In this document: in pieces, positions 27,908 through 38,502 of the stretch
Layout of the letters: each line of letters begins with the position of its first letter
Numbering within the stretch: the stretch's first letter is position 1
Virus record (IMG/VR): IMGVR_UViG_3300035520_001285
Span: 1 to 64,000 of that record
Source of the DNA: a virus
Lineage: Duplodnaviria > Caudoviricetes
Reading direction: 5' to 3' (one strand)
Length of the DNA: 64,000 bases
Program-made: the position numbers and the translations under genes
The notes under the pieces: model-generated
Database searches by the model: none
The model's input: only the letters and a program-made list of their open reading frames with translations
What the model was told of the DNA's origin: nothing

Positions 27908-30900
27908 ATGAAAACCCAAACTTTAGGTCGATTAGTTTATATAGAGCCAAATGATGTATCCATGCTTGGGGGATACAATAGCAATGATGGCAAAACGCAC
28001 CTGTATGATGGAGTATATTGGAATGAAGAAGATTTAAATATGTCCGTTGATTTACAGGTAGTAATGCCATATAGAGAAGACTGCGGGCAATGCTCGTTAA
28101 ATTCAAGTAATTTTTATGTTCAGATTCAAAATGACAATCAATCTGACGTGGGCAGATATGTGTCATTTTTACAAGGTTCTAATATAAACAATACAAACGG
28201 AGAAAAAATTGGTAACCAACTAACAACTTCATATTTGGAAGCAAGCTATGAAGAACTTCGCCGTGACGGTAAAAGCAACAAAGAATGTCTTGGTATTGAT
28301 TCAGTAGATATAACTTTCGATTCTCACTTCTATCCTCAAGTTAACATTAAATTCATTGATAACAGAGGATACTCTCTAATGATGCCTTCCGAACATGAGT
28401 ATTTGGAAAATTTAAGAGAAAAAGAGGGTGGTGGTACCGCCGAACCATACTCCAACTTTTTTAGAGCACTATTCCATTTCCCATACCCAAGATTTCTACT
28501 TACAATTAAGGGCTATTATGGCAATAGTGTAACTTTCATGCTTGCGGTAAATGAATTCAAGAATAATTTTAATTCTTCTACAGGAAATTTTGAAATTAAC
28601 GTCTCATTTATCGGTTATATGTACGGTCTTTATACCGACATACCTTTAAACCTACTCATTACTGCCCCATATTATAACAGAAATGAAGATGAATGGAATA
28701 ACTTCAAATTTGACAATCAAAATGGCGCTGAAGGCGGCAGTATGCTTACATTTGTTGAATTTATCCGTAAATGCAATGAGTTAAATGATTTGAAAAAGGA
28801 TTTAACAAGCGGTGAAAGTGGCAATGCAAGTACTGATGAGTTAATACAATTAACCAACAAAAAAACATGGTGCCGTAATATGATTACCATCATCAAAGAG
28901 ATGATGCATGATACAGTAAATGGGTACAATGTAAATAAAGCCGATTATAAATTTTTTGCGGATAATGGTGATTTAAATTGCCTATTTCGTGAAAAAGAAA
29001 TAAACATATGCGTAAATAAGAAAAAATACGAAGAATTACGCTCACTTTATAACGATAACCAGTATGGCGTGGCATTATCAAACATATCAAGCAGTTGGCT
29101 TGACGATGGTAAACTAGTCGCTGACGCATGTCGGAATAAATCGTTAGAAACGAAATTAAAAGATATAATTTTAGAAGAAAAAGATGACTGGGGCGAGATG
29201 TCTAAAAATTTCTACTCCAAAAACAAAGCAAAATATGGGGAGTGGTATACATTTAGGGTTGCCTTTAATTCTGTCATAACAGAACTATCTGCACTTATTG
29301 ACGAAATTAACACAAAGTCTAACGAATTATCCGCTGAAGTAGAGTCAAACTTAGATTCAACTTATCAAGAGGCATTGGGGTTTGTGCCGACAATTCAAAA
29401 TTTCTTTAGAATGATATTTGCCCATATGAGTAAATTCATGACCGATTATTACGATTTGCTTGCCGAAATCAAAGAATCGAAACGTGAAATGGGGGCGATG
29501 AAATTAACGGCGCAAACTTGTGATATGAATAAATATAGCGCAGAAAATGCGTTTGTCCCACCCTTTCCTGCTGTCTACAAAGAAGAAGACAATAAACGAG
29601 TTGAAGTTTATCCTGGCGAAATCGATTCACTTACATCTTTAATGCCTGAAATTGCATATACAGAGGGGTTTATTAATGCAGCAATGGGGGTTAAAGATGA
29701 ATTCAATAATATAATTACTCAATATGCAGAAAAGCAAGCCTATGATAAGGAAATACAGGCGGCTAAAGACGCAGGCGGTAGTGGATGGACGGCTACATCT
29801 GTAAGTGATTATTGGTTTAAAGATGAATTTGTTAATCCATATGCAAATCTTGAATCAAATGTAGGAAGTGATATAGAGGTTGGGGGCTTATTATATTTCT
29901 TTATGTGCAGAGATTTATCCAACAAGCTGCAATTCGGTTCAAAGGAAAGAAATGGTTTTGCTGAAGCTGAGGCGAATAATTATTTATCCATACATAAAAC
30001 TCCATCATGTTCTCAATTAAAAAACAAAATCAAAGAGATAAAGGGTGATGCCGCTAAAATAAAGGAAGAAATAAATAATTATATAACCAAAAAAGGTTCT
30101 AATTCCTTAATACTTCCAATTAAAAGTTTAACCAACACGCCTAATGGAGTAATTTCACTTAAAGAGACTTCAGTACCTTTATGGTTCCGTTCTTTGAAGG
30201 TTAAAAGTGATAATTTTGCTTATTACAAAAATACTGATAAAATTAAATACACATTCTTAATAGATGATAATTATTCTTTAGCATCACAAGCTGTAAGTAA
30301 ATTACAAAACCTCGGACAGCCATTTCTTGACGGTTGTGTAACTGCCTTACCCACTGAAGTTAGCATATCCAATTTCGATGGGTCATTTGACAATTTTGAT
30401 GCTTTCAGTGGTAGCACATATGATTATTATACCATATGCAAAGAATGGGAAAAAGAGGACACTGGTGGCCAAAAAGCTGCAATTAGAGATGGCTCTTATT
30501 TTTTTAATTCTCATTACAAAAACGGCATAAACACTGAAAATCAAATAAAAGATTTTATTATGGCGTTAATGTCTAAAGTTAAATCTACTAACTATATCGA
30601 TATAAAAATAGACACTACATGCATAAGGGTTATAAATAAGGCAACAGCAATACTTCTTGGCGCAATAGCTAAAGGGTTGGTGCAGAAAAAAAATCCTCTT
30701 TATAATTCGGGAGCTAGGATAGTACCTTTTATTAGCAAAACAACATATTCCGATACGGGTACCGAAAAAGTGCCTATAGAAGAAAATGTGTTTGGCATAA
30801 AAGAAACTGTTTTTGATTTCATTGTAAATGATAGCACCGCAAACAAAGCTTTTTCTACTTACTTTGATGATTTTAAAAATAGCACCGAATGGAAAAATAT

Positions 30901-33262
30901 ACGCAATTTGATTACCTATGGTGATTTTAGCAGCACACCCCCCAAAGGTAATTATAAAATAGACAGTGGCGTTTATCGCTTGAAAATATGGAAGTCTATC
31001 AGTGTCATTTTAAATCAAAACCTCTTGATTTATAATATTAACAATGAGAATAATAATACTCTTGTTAGCATAAACTTAGGAGATTTCCAACCGTTTCTTA
31101 ATACAATATATAACGCTTACAAAGACACCAAAGCATTAGACGAAAGTTGGTCAAGTGATTTTATTGAGTCGGATATTTCAAGTGAGCATAAATTGGCCTT
31201 ATATAAAACATTCAAAAATTTATATGATAGATGGGCGAATTCTTATAGCAAGAATAACTTTATTTTAAGAAGCCCAAGTGAAGACCATTCGGTTAAAGTT
31301 CAAAGATTTAGTTCAGTAGTACCCTATGATGATAAAATCACTGAATTTGACAATTTTTTATTTGTAGATTCATATTATAATGATATTTCTTACAAATTCA
31401 AAATAAATCCTTCAACTGTTTGTGATTTATTAGCTAAACATCTACAAAACGACTCAAACTATAGTGTTTATGAATTTATGGCTGAGCTGTGCCAAGCAAA
31501 CAGAATGTTACTTTTAGCAATGCCAGTTTACAACAACTACTATAGCTCCGATACAATCAAAAACATATTCTCTCCGCAGCCTTCGGATATAATGAAAACA
31601 GGCTACGGTTCTACATATGTATGCATGTATACTTATGAAGTATCGCATATTGTAGAAGCTGAAGATTCAACGAGTATGGATGATGACGGTTTTGATATTG
31701 CTGATATAAATGGCAATATAATGCCTGAAGAAACTACCATAGGATTACTATTTAATGACGCAAATTCAGAAGATGATTTAAGTTTAACCGTGCCTGCTTT
31801 TGGTGTAACGTATGCAAGGCAAAATCAAATGTATTTCAAGACAATAAATGTCAATATGGATAATCCACGAGTAACGGACTATTCAATCGCCAATTTATTT
31901 GAGTTGAAGAATTTGACAAAAGACGGAACATTAAATAGGCCTCAAACCGTAGCAAATGATATATATTCAGTATATGCAAACAGGTCATATAACTGCTCCG
32001 TTGATATGATGGGTTGTGCTAATATCATGCCGATGATGTACTTCCAATTGAACAATATACCAATGTTTAGAGGAGCGTACATGATTACCAATGTAGAACA
32101 TCATATTAAAGCAGGTGATTTCTCAACTAAGTTTACAGGGGTAAGAGTATCTAAAAACCAATTACCATATAGTGATAGAATGTTCAATCTATCTACGCTT
32201 CTTGATATTACGACTACTGATGAAATTAGTACAAAAGGAAATAGGGCAAGCGGTGTTGATAACTCTTCAGCTCCGACATGTGCAAACTTTGCTACATTAG
32301 TGCAAGAGTCAATGAGCAAAAAATGGCATACGTTCAAGGATAAAACCGTTATTCCTTATAATAACCCAAAATATATTTCAAGGTGTGGCCAAGCTGTAAA
32401 AGAATTTTGTATTCACGCAGGAGTAAACAATGTGAGCGGTGATGGTTTTGGATGGTATGACACCCTTAAGAATAACAGGCAATTTACATTAGTCTACACT
32501 ATACCCGCAAAGGCAACATGTGATGAAAGATGTTCTACGGTAGCGGCAAAATCAAAGATTGGTGATATAGCCGTAATGAAACAAGGTGCCAATGAATTCA
32601 AAAAAGCAAAAGGATATTACGGTCATGTATGTATGTACTATGGTAATGGTGAATGGGTTTCTGATTGTAATCAACAAAAAGCGGGCAGGCCGAAATATGA
32701 CATGTACGTTTATGAAAAAAATGGTGGCACAAATGCACAAGAAATCTTTGTATTTAGATATACTTGTGGTTATGTAAGTGGCGGTACAGTCCCTGCAATA
32801 AGCAACAATGCAACCACAAACACAAGAGGCAAGGCGATTATGACTGCGTTAAAAAACGCATTCTCATTTACCGATGAACAACTGATTGGCATTGGTAGTG
32901 CAATTTATCAAGAATCAGAATGGGACCCGAAGGCTGTTTCGAGTTCGGGTACATATAGAGGAATTATTCAATGGAATAAAGATAGGTATGAGCCCATTAT
33001 AAATTATCTTAACGATAAAAATGGGACTTCATATAAAGTGGCAAATTTTATACAAGTACCGTTGAATCATCAAATTGAAGGTATGATTTGGGAATTGAAC
33101 AATTCCGAAAAAACAGCTTTAGCTGAAATAAAGAAGAAAAAAACATCGAGAGAGATTGCTATTGCATGGACGAAGTACTATGAACGTGGGGCAGATTCAC
33201 AAGAAAATTATAATGCACATGCTGCTCATACAGATATAGCTAAAAAAGCTTTGGATTCGTAA
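27908..33262 (+). CDS. Large baseplate hub/tail-associated lysin with C-terminal CHAP-like amidase and phage tail lysozyme-like domains
   Basis: Hub-like GAYMITNVEHHIKAGDFSTKFTGVR; CHAP-like SRCGQAV...GDIAV...YGHVCMYYG; lysozyme-like AIYQESEWDPKA...GIIQW...WTKYYERG. Confidence 0.7.
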   Translation: MKTQTLGRLVYIEPNDVSMLGGYNSNDGKTHLYDGVYWNEEDLNMSVDLQVVMPYREDCGQCSLNSSNFYVQIQNDNQSDVGRYVSFLQGSNINNTNGEKIGNQLTTSYLEASYEELRRDGKSNKECLGIDSVDITFDSHFYPQVNIKFIDNRGYSLMMPSEHEYLENLREKEGGGTAEPYSNFFRALFHFPYPRFLLTIKGYYGNSVTFMLAVNEFKNNFNSSTGNFEINVSFIGYMYGLYTDIPLNLLITAPYYNRNEDEWNNFKFDNQNGAEGGSMLTFVEFIRKCNELNDLKKDLTSGESGNASTDELIQLTNKKTWCRNMITIIKEMMHDTVNGYNVNKADYKFFADNGDLNCLFREKEINICVNKKKYEELRSLYNDNQYGVALSNISSSWLDDGKLVADACRNKSLETKLKDIILEEKDDWGEMSKNFYSKNKAKYGEWYTFRVAFNSVITELSALIDEINTKSNELSAEVESNLDSTYQEALGFVPTIQNFFRMIFAHMSKFMTDYYDLLAEIKESKREMGAMKLTAQTCDMNKYSAENAFVPPFPAVYKEEDNKRVEVYPGEIDSLTSLMPEIAYTEGFINAAMGVKDEFNNIITQYAEKQAYDKEIQAAKDAGGSGWTATSVSDYWFKDEFVNPYANLESNVGSDIEVGGLLYFFMCRDLSNKLQFGSKERNGFAEAEANNYLSIHKTPSCSQLKNKIKEIKGDAAKIKEEINNYITKKGSNSLILPIKSLTNTPNGVISLKETSVPLWFRSLKVKSDNFAYYKNTDKIKYTFLIDDNYSLASQAVSKLQNLGQPFLDGCVTALPTEVSISNFDGSFDNFDAFSGSTYDYYTICKEWEKEDTGGQKAAIRDGSYFFNSHYKNGINTENQIKDFIMALMSKVKSTNYIDIKIDTTCIRVINKATAILLGAIAKGLVQKKNPLYNSGARIVPFISKTTYSDTGTEKVPIEENVFGIKETVFDFIVNDSTANKAFSTYFDDFKNSTEWKNIRNLITYGDFSSTPPKGNYKIDSGVYRLKIWKSISVILNQNLLIYNINNENNNTLVSINLGDFQPFLNTIYNAYKDTKALDESWSSDFIESDISSEHKLALYKTFKNLYDRWANSYSKNNFILRSPSEDHSVKVQRFSSVVPYDDKITEFDNFLFVDSYYNDISYKFKINPSTVCDLLAKHLQNDSNYSVYEFMAELCQANRMLLLAMPVYNNYYSSDTIKNIFSPQPSDIMKTGYGSTYVCMYTYEVSHIVEAEDSTSMDDDGFDIADINGNIMPEETTIGLLFNDANSEDDLSLTVPAFGVTYARQNQMYFKTINVNMDNPRVTDYSIANLFELKNLTKDGTLNRPQTVANDIYSVYANRSYNCSVDMMGCANIMPMMYFQLNNIPMFRGAYMITNVEHHIKAGDFSTKFTGVRVSKNQLPYSDRMFNLSTLLDITTTDEISTKGNRASGVDNSSAPTCANFATLVQESMSKKWHTFKDKTVIPYNNPKYISRCGQAVKEFCIHAGVNNVSGDGFGWYDTLKNNRQFTLVYTIPAKATCDERCSTVAAKSKIGDIAVMKQGANEFKKAKGYYGHVCMYYGNGEWVSDCNQQKAGRPKYDMYVYEKNGGTNAQEIFVFRYTCGYVSGGTVPAISNNATTNTRGKAIMTALKNAFSFTDEQLIGIGSAIYQESEWDPKAVSSSGTYRGIIQWNKDRYEPIINYLNDKNGTSYKVANFIQVPLNHQIEGMIWELNNSEKTALAEIKKKKTSREIAIAWTKYYERGADSQENYNAHAAHTDIAKKALDS

Positions 33263-33276
33263 AATAATAGCTATAT

Positions 33277-33912
33277 TTGTACAACAAAATACAGAGCCCC
33301 CTAATGAAGTATTTGGCTAATATAATAACAACCAATAATAAATTAAGTACTATTGATTTCGTCAATAAGACTTCAAATGTGGATAGAGTTAATTTTACTC
33401 TACCCACATTAGTTATTGGTAAGGAATTGGCCGAAGGCATTTTTGGGAAAGAAAATATCCATATTTTGAATAAACAAATAAGAGGTGATATTTATTGGAC
33501 TTATAGCAAAATGGAGAAACGCAATGATTTTGAAAAAGACTACGCTAAGTTCAACAATTTCATTTTCAAAAAACTAAAAACCAATGTAAAATATGCTTTT
33601 TTCAATATCTTTACTGAACCATTATATAGGATAAAAGCCTTTCTAAACTTCATTGCGAATGATCAGCCGAAAACAGTTTATAGGGTGAATAATCACGTAT
33701 ATATTTATTGCAATGGAGTGGTAGTTGGCTTGTCATTGGAAGATATCGAATATGCTGGGATTGATAAAGAAAAAGCCTTTAACAGGATTAAGGAAAACGC
33801 ATATAATGTTGTTATAGAGGGCATTGATTTTATGTCCTACAAAATGCAAAAGCAAGTTGAGGGAGTAAACTATATTGTTCCCTATCTCTATGCATTAAAA
33901 AAGAATATTTAG
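33277..33912 (+). CDS. Hypothetical protein
   Basis: 211-aa ORF (the start may be ATG 33304), with a TATATTTG box at about 33272. Confidence 0.65.
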   Translation: MYNKIQSPLMKYLANIITTNNKLSTIDFVNKTSNVDRVNFTLPTLVIGKELAEGIFGKENIHILNKQIRGDIYWTYSKMEKRNDFEKDYAKFNNFIFKKLKTNVKYAFFNIFTEPLYRIKAFLNFIANDQPKTVYRVNNHVYIYCNGVVVGLSLEDIEYAGIDKEKAFNRIKENAYNVVIEGIDFMSYKMQKQVEGVNYIVPYLYALKKNI

Positions 33913-33980
33913 GACAAAAACGCCATAAAAAATAATTTTCTGCTCCATAACTGTATTTATAGATAAGACAACGGATTAAC

Positions 33981-34157
33981 ATGTTCGTACCTAAAAAAAG
34001 TTCAAACCTTAGAAGACCTATTCTGAGGGCACAAAAAGGAATTAATTCATTTCAAGCAGAGGAATCTGTAATTAAGAATGAAGAAAAAGAAAAGGTGGCT
34101 AAAAAAGCCCCTAAAAATAAAAAAGAAGAAAACATTGATAGCAATGGCGATGAATAA
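33981..34157 (+). CDS. Small hypothetical protein (58 aa), not in the ORF track
   Basis: Translated by hand: MFVPKKSSNLRRPILRAQKG...IDSNGDE*. TATTTATA lies 20 nt upstream; the stop overlaps the next start. Confidence 0.5.
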   Translation: MFVPKKSSNLRRPILRAQKGINSFQAEESVIKNEEKEKVAKKAPKNKKEENIDSNGDE

Positions 34158-34323
34158 CTCAAACGATATGGCTAAGGCTGCAACTCTTATTGATTCTATC
34201 AATCAAAGTAAGGGAGCCAAAGTGAAATACATCAAGAAAGAACAAGGCCTCATTGAAAGAACCGAAGATAGAAAAGATAAAATTATTTTAGCCGAAGATA
34301 ATAGACAAATAATTTTTGGTTAA
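34150..34323 (+). CDS. Small hypothetical protein (57 aa)
   Basis: MNNSNDMAK...KEQGLIERTEDRKDKIILAEDNRQIIFG; the 34078 start in the track is probably an over-extension. Confidence 0.55.
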   Translation: MNNSNDMAKAATLIDSINQSKGAKVKYIKKEQGLIERTEDRKDKIILAEDNRQIIFG

Positions 34324-34329
34324 TAGATA

Positions 34330-35151
34330 ATGGAAGCAGAAGTAGATAAAAGGTTATTTGAAGAAACCAAGAAAAGGCTTCAGCAAATACTCGAATATAC
34401 GGTAATCAATGGCAATAACATTGATGAGGCCGATGATGACAACGAAGAGCAGGGTGGCGATGAACAACCCCCCATGAATGGGGGCGGTGGCGTTCCTGTT
34501 CCTGACGGTATGTCTATGGATGATGGCGGCCAAGGTGGTACTCCTATGCCCATACAAGGTCAAGGCATGAATCAATCCCCTATAGGTCCCGATGCAGGAA
34601 TACCACAGCAGGGTGTTAATGGCCCCGAAGGATTTGACCCACAAATAGGTGATGCTGCACAACCCACAATGGATGATATGGGGCAAGAACCTACAGGCGA
34701 CGAGCCTTCTGAAGATGATGACGTGGTTGATATTACTGATTTAACCGATAAGCAGGATGAAACTGAAAAAGACATTGAAAAACTCGGTAATAAATTCAGC
34801 GAAGTATTAGGTCATCTGAAAGCATTTGAAAAATACATTACGGATAATGATAAAAAAATTGAAGATTTGAAAGCAGAATTTGAAAAGAGAAATCCGACTC
34901 AAATTGAGAAGCTTTCAATGCAAACTACAAAATCGTATCCGTTCAACGTAACCCCTGAACAATATTGGAAAGAAAAAGAAGCCACGTCGAATTATCGTAC
35001 TGAAGATGATGATAATGGCAAGGAACAAGGCCAATATGTTATCACTGCAAATGATGTAAATGGTGATACCAATTGGAGGGCAATTGCTGATTCTTTAGAT
35101 GATGATGACTTTATTTATAACCAAACATTGTCCAATGCAATGAAGCTTTAA
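34330..35151 (+). CDS. Acidic, Pro/Gly-rich protein with a coiled coil; possible head scaffold/core protein
   Basis: Low-complexity D/E/G/P/Q middle region followed by a heptad-like helix; function is inferred. Confidence 0.5.
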   Translation: MEAEVDKRLFEETKKRLQQILEYTVINGNNIDEADDDNEEQGGDEQPPMNGGGGVPVPDGMSMDDGGQGGTPMPIQGQGMNQSPIGPDAGIPQQGVNGPEGFDPQIGDAAQPTMDDMGQEPTGDEPSEDDDVVDITDLTDKQDETEKDIEKLGNKFSEVLGHLKAFEKYITDNDKKIEDLKAEFEKRNPTQIEKLSMQTTKSYPFNVTPEQYWKEKEATSNYRTEDDDNGKEQGQYVITANDVNGDTNWRAIADSLDDDDFIYNQTLSNAMKL

Positions 35152-35175
35152 GGAAGAAAAAAATATTCAATATTT

Positions 35176-35209
35176 AACTATGCAAAATCGACATTTTGCA
35201 TAGTTTTTT
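35176..35209 (+). terminator. Intrinsic terminator
   Basis: Perfect 12-bp stem AACTATGCAAAA / TTTTGCATAGTT followed by T-tract. Confidence 0.75.
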
Positions 35210-35344
35210 ACTGCTATTTTTATATTTATATACAAATGGTGAGAATAAAATCACTATAAAATTTGTACATTTGATTTTGAGAAGTACTTCAAAATTCAAC
35301 ATAATTTTTTAAAAATAAAATTTCAATAAAAACTTTAAACTTAG

Positions 35345-36406
35345 ATGTTAGATTCAACAAAATCTGGCGGTAACATTTCAATTGAAGCTATCGAAGGTAG
35401 CGAAAACAAAATTAATCCCAATTTCAATAACAAAACTCCTTTCAATGTAAAGAATTATCTTAACTCACGATTGGAGAATGGAGAAACCTCAAAAGACATT
35501 CGTATCCGCCTTTTGACGATTGATAAGGATTCATCGACGCCTTTTCTACACGTCCATACTCACTACGTTCCTTCTAAAAAGAAAACGTATCTATGTTTAC
35601 AAAAGAATGAATTTCCCAATTCAGACATTTTGGGGCACAAATGCCCTTTCTGTGAAGTAAACAAAAAAGCTTACGAAACTTTCCTCAAAAAGAAAGAAGA
35701 AGGTGACACTGTTGCTGCGCAACGCTACAAGGAGATTTCACTCCAAAATAAATCAAATGAGGAGTGTATTATCCGCTGCATTGAACGTAGCAAAGAAGCA
35801 GATGGTCCCAAGTTTTGGAAATTTAATCTGCGTAGCGACGAAAAAGACCCCGAAAATCAAATTAGAGCAATCTACCGTAATTACAAGGAAGAATGTGCCG
35901 AGGAAGGTGAGGCACCTGAAAACATCTTTGATTTGCGCACAGGTCACGACTTCAAGGTTAAAATTCATGCTATCGTAGACAAGCAAGGCAAGCTCACCGA
36001 CAAACGTGCTATTGGTATAACCATGGTCAAAAAGTCTACACCTCTTGCTGAGGATGAAGAAACTATTGCCAAATGGGTGAACGATGAAAAGAAATGGAAT
36101 GATGTGTTTGTTGCCAAACCCTACGATTACTTGGCTGTTATTCAAGATGGTGGAGAGCCTTTCTTTGATAAACCAACAAAGAAATGGATCAATAAGACTG
36201 AAGCAAGCAAAGCTAAACAAGAAGAAATCCAAAAGAGAGAAGATGAAGCAAATAAGGCGGGTGAAGAAATTTCAGCTGCCGAAGCTAAAATCCTCAATGA
36301 TGCGAAAGAGGCCGAAGTAGGCAATGAGGTTATTCTTCCTGAAGTAACTCCTTTAACTGTAACCCCTGCTACTGATTCCGTGGATGATGATACGCTTCCC
36401 TTTTAA
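35345..36406 (+). CDS. ssb: Single-stranded DNA-binding protein (T4 gp32-like)
   Basis: FLHVHTHY...C...CPFC Zn-type motif, KFWKF, FDLRTGHDF, acidic tail ending DDDTLPF; upstream of the recombinase. Confidence 0.75.
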   Translation: MLDSTKSGGNISIEAIEGSENKINPNFNNKTPFNVKNYLNSRLENGETSKDIRIRLLTIDKDSSTPFLHVHTHYVPSKKKTYLCLQKNEFPNSDILGHKCPFCEVNKKAYETFLKKKEEGDTVAAQRYKEISLQNKSNEECIIRCIERSKEADGPKFWKFNLRSDEKDPENQIRAIYRNYKEECAEEGEAPENIFDLRTGHDFKVKIHAIVDKQGKLTDKRAIGITMVKKSTPLAEDEETIAKWVNDEKKWNDVFVAKPYDYLAVIQDGGEPFFDKPTKKWINKTEASKAKQEEIQKREDEANKAGEEISAAEAKILNDAKEAEVGNEVILPEVTPLTVTPATDSVDDDTLPF

Positions 36407-36434
36407 TTGAATGTAATTAAACTTTATAGAGGTG

Positions 36435-36479
36435 GGTGGATGATTTTGATGAAAATTAAACTCGTTCATCCACCTTTTT
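36435..36479 (+). terminator. Terminator-like hairpin
   Basis: GGTGGATGA / TCATCCACC followed by TTTTT. Confidence 0.6.
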
Positions 36480-36530
36480 CTCAAAAAAATTCTCAATATT
36501 TAATTTGTCAATTTTTAAAATTAAAAACTT

Positions 36531-37676
36531 ATGGCAAAACAGCCCTTAAAGAAAAAAGAAGTCAAGAAATTCGACATTAAGAGTTTCAAGAACGAGATAT
36601 TCGGCGGTGAAGAAAAAAGCAACACCGCCGACAAAGAGTTGGAGTGGATTGTGATGCCCTCCGCATATCAAGAAGCACTCAAGCTGCCTGGTATTCCTCT
36701 CTCTCGTGGTGTAATCACTCTACGTGGATGGTCTGATACAGGTAAGAGTACTCTTAAAAATCTTGCCATTGCAGGCGCTATGCATCAAGGTATGTTGCCT
36801 ATTATCTTTGAAACCGAAGGCAACTTTGATTTTCAATACGCCAAAGATTGTGGTATGGAAATTGAACCCGTCTATGAAGATGTAGAATATACCAATGAAG
36901 AGACGGGCGAAGTAACCACTAAGCATGAAATTGTAAACTGGGAAGGAAATTACCTCCTCTTTACCAACTCAAAAATGTGTGAATTCTGTGGTGATATGGA
37001 CTATTCGCAAGGTAAAAAGGTATCTAAGAAGCGTAAAGTTGCCGTCATCGAAGATATTGCATATATCATGAATACTTTCCTTGATAAGCAAGACAATGGT
37101 GAACTTCCCATGCCTTTGTTCTTTGTATGGGATTCTGTTGGCAGTATCACAGGATGGAAATCATATATGTCAAAAACGGGTAACAACCAATTTGATGCAA
37201 ACTCTATTGCTACTGCTTTCAAAAACATCTTTACACGCATATCTGCCTCAAAAGAAATTGATGCCCCTTACTCAAACGGCTTCCTTGTTGTAAACAAGAT
37301 TTGGCAAGACAACATGAACTCAATGGGTGGCGCTGTTTCTGTTGAAAACAGTGGCGGCAAATCAATCTTCTATGCAACTCGCCTTGGCATCCACTGCGGT
37401 GGTACGGCTAAAGCTTCCACAAAGAAGCTTAAAGCTGTCTACAAAGGGCAGGAATATCAATACGGTACTCTGACTAAGGTAAGCGTCTTTAAGAACCAAT
37501 TACCAATCCCCTACAATATTTCTTACAACGGTACGGTATGTTGTGTTCACAATGGCATCATCTCGGAGAGTGAGCTTGATGAATACAAGAAAACCTACAT
37601 TCCGAAGATTATGGCTGAAAAATTCGCAGGTGCAACTGCTGAAGATATCACCTTTGTAGAAGAGGAAACTAATTAA
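36531..37676 (+). CDS. recA: RecA/UvsX-like recombinase
   Basis: Walker A GWSDTGKST, FETEG, Walker B FFVWDSVGS, GGKSIFYATRL. Confidence 0.88.
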   Translation: MAKQPLKKKEVKKFDIKSFKNEIFGGEEKSNTADKELEWIVMPSAYQEALKLPGIPLSRGVITLRGWSDTGKSTLKNLAIAGAMHQGMLPIIFETEGNFDFQYAKDCGMEIEPVYEDVEYTNEETGEVTTKHEIVNWEGNYLLFTNSKMCEFCGDMDYSQGKKVSKKRKVAVIEDIAYIMNTFLDKQDNGELPMPLFFVWDSVGSITGWKSYMSKTGNNQFDANSIATAFKNIFTRISASKEIDAPYSNGFLVVNKIWQDNMNSMGGAVSVENSGGKSIFYATRLGIHCGGTAKASTKKLKAVYKGQEYQYGTLTKVSVFKNQLPIPYNISYNGTVCCVHNGIISESELDEYKKTYIPKIMAEKFAGATAEDITFVEEETN

Positions 37677-37714
37677 AAGACTATTTATAGTTCTTTTAAC
37701 AATACCACATAATG

Positions 37715-37752
37715 AAAAATGACTGATTCAATCAAGAGTCAGTCATTTTTTC
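37715..37752. terminator. Bidirectional terminator
   Basis: 12-bp stem AAAAATGACTGA / TCAGTCATTTTT between convergent genes. Confidence 0.7.
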
Positions 37753-38100
37753 ATACAAAGGGACAAACACATCAAAACCATCATCATCTTCGAAATGATT
37801 TATTTCTTCAGGGAAAACAATTCCAAATTTATATCGTTGATAAATAAATTTATCCCCATCCCATACTGCCTCTTCAGCATTCCTACAAGTGCCAATGTAG
37901 GTATGCCCTTTTACTAATTGATTTTTAGCAATTGCTCCACATCGAATTAAATTTGGAATGATAATATCTTGATAAAATTGTTTTTCGGTAACAGGTATCG
38001 AGGGTATATCATTTACACCTTTAAATTCGGGCATTGTAATAAATGTCTCCCTAATTATCTGTAACCTCTCCTCCTTCGTTGGTCTCTTTAAATTCATCAT
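37732..38100 (-). CDS. Hypothetical protein
   Basis: 122-aa ORF with protein-like composition, on the strand opposite its neighbours. Confidence 0.65.
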   Translation of the reverse strand: MMNLKRPTKEERLQIIRETFITMPEFKGVNDIPSIPVTEKQFYQDIIIPNLIRCGAIAKNQLVKGHTYIGTCRNAEEAVWDGDKFIYQRYKFGIVFPEEINHFEDDDGFDVFVPLYEKMTDS

Positions 38101-38437
38101 TCAGAAGTTTTGTAAGTTCAATGTTTTTAGGGCATTTGCCTTCAGTTACATAAAAACCATTGCGTATAGTGTTTATATATGTATCAATCATGCTAAGAGC
38201 AAGAAATATGTGGTCGGCATGAGCCTTGGCATCAAACCATCTTAGGCCACCGCACTCAATAACGTATTTTGCAACTTTTTGTTTATTAGGCTTCGTTATA
38301 TACAATTTACCAAGGGCGCAAAGATGCTCTATATCAGGGACAAGCTGCAACTTCATGCTTTTAGTTTCAAACTGTCGCTTAGCATCATTAAATACTAGTA
38401 CGTCAAGAGGATGGTATTCCGATTTATTTGACTTCAT
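38051..38437 (-). CDS. Hypothetical protein
   Basis: 128-aa ORF with a GTATATTT motif upstream; overlaps the next ORF by about 50 nt. Confidence 0.55.
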   Translation of the reverse strand: MKSNKSEYHPLDVLVFNDAKRQFETKSMKLQLVPDIEHLCALGKLYITKPNKQKVAKYVIECGGLRWFDAKAHADHIFLALSMIDTYINTIRNGFYVTEGKCPKNIELTKLLNDEFKETNEGGEVTDN

Positions 38438-38502
38438 GTTCTTATTTTTAATATATTTGAAATATACTGAATAATAAGAAGAAACTCAACAGAAAACAAA
38501 GA

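Noticed and set aside
34078-34149. Lys-rich N-terminus of the track ORF 34078..34323
   Set aside because: Better explained as an alternate frame of the 33981..34157 ORF; the likely start is 34150.
37682-37689. TATTTATA motif after recA
   Set aside because: It is followed only by a 4-codon ORF and a terminator, showing that the motif also occurs by chance.
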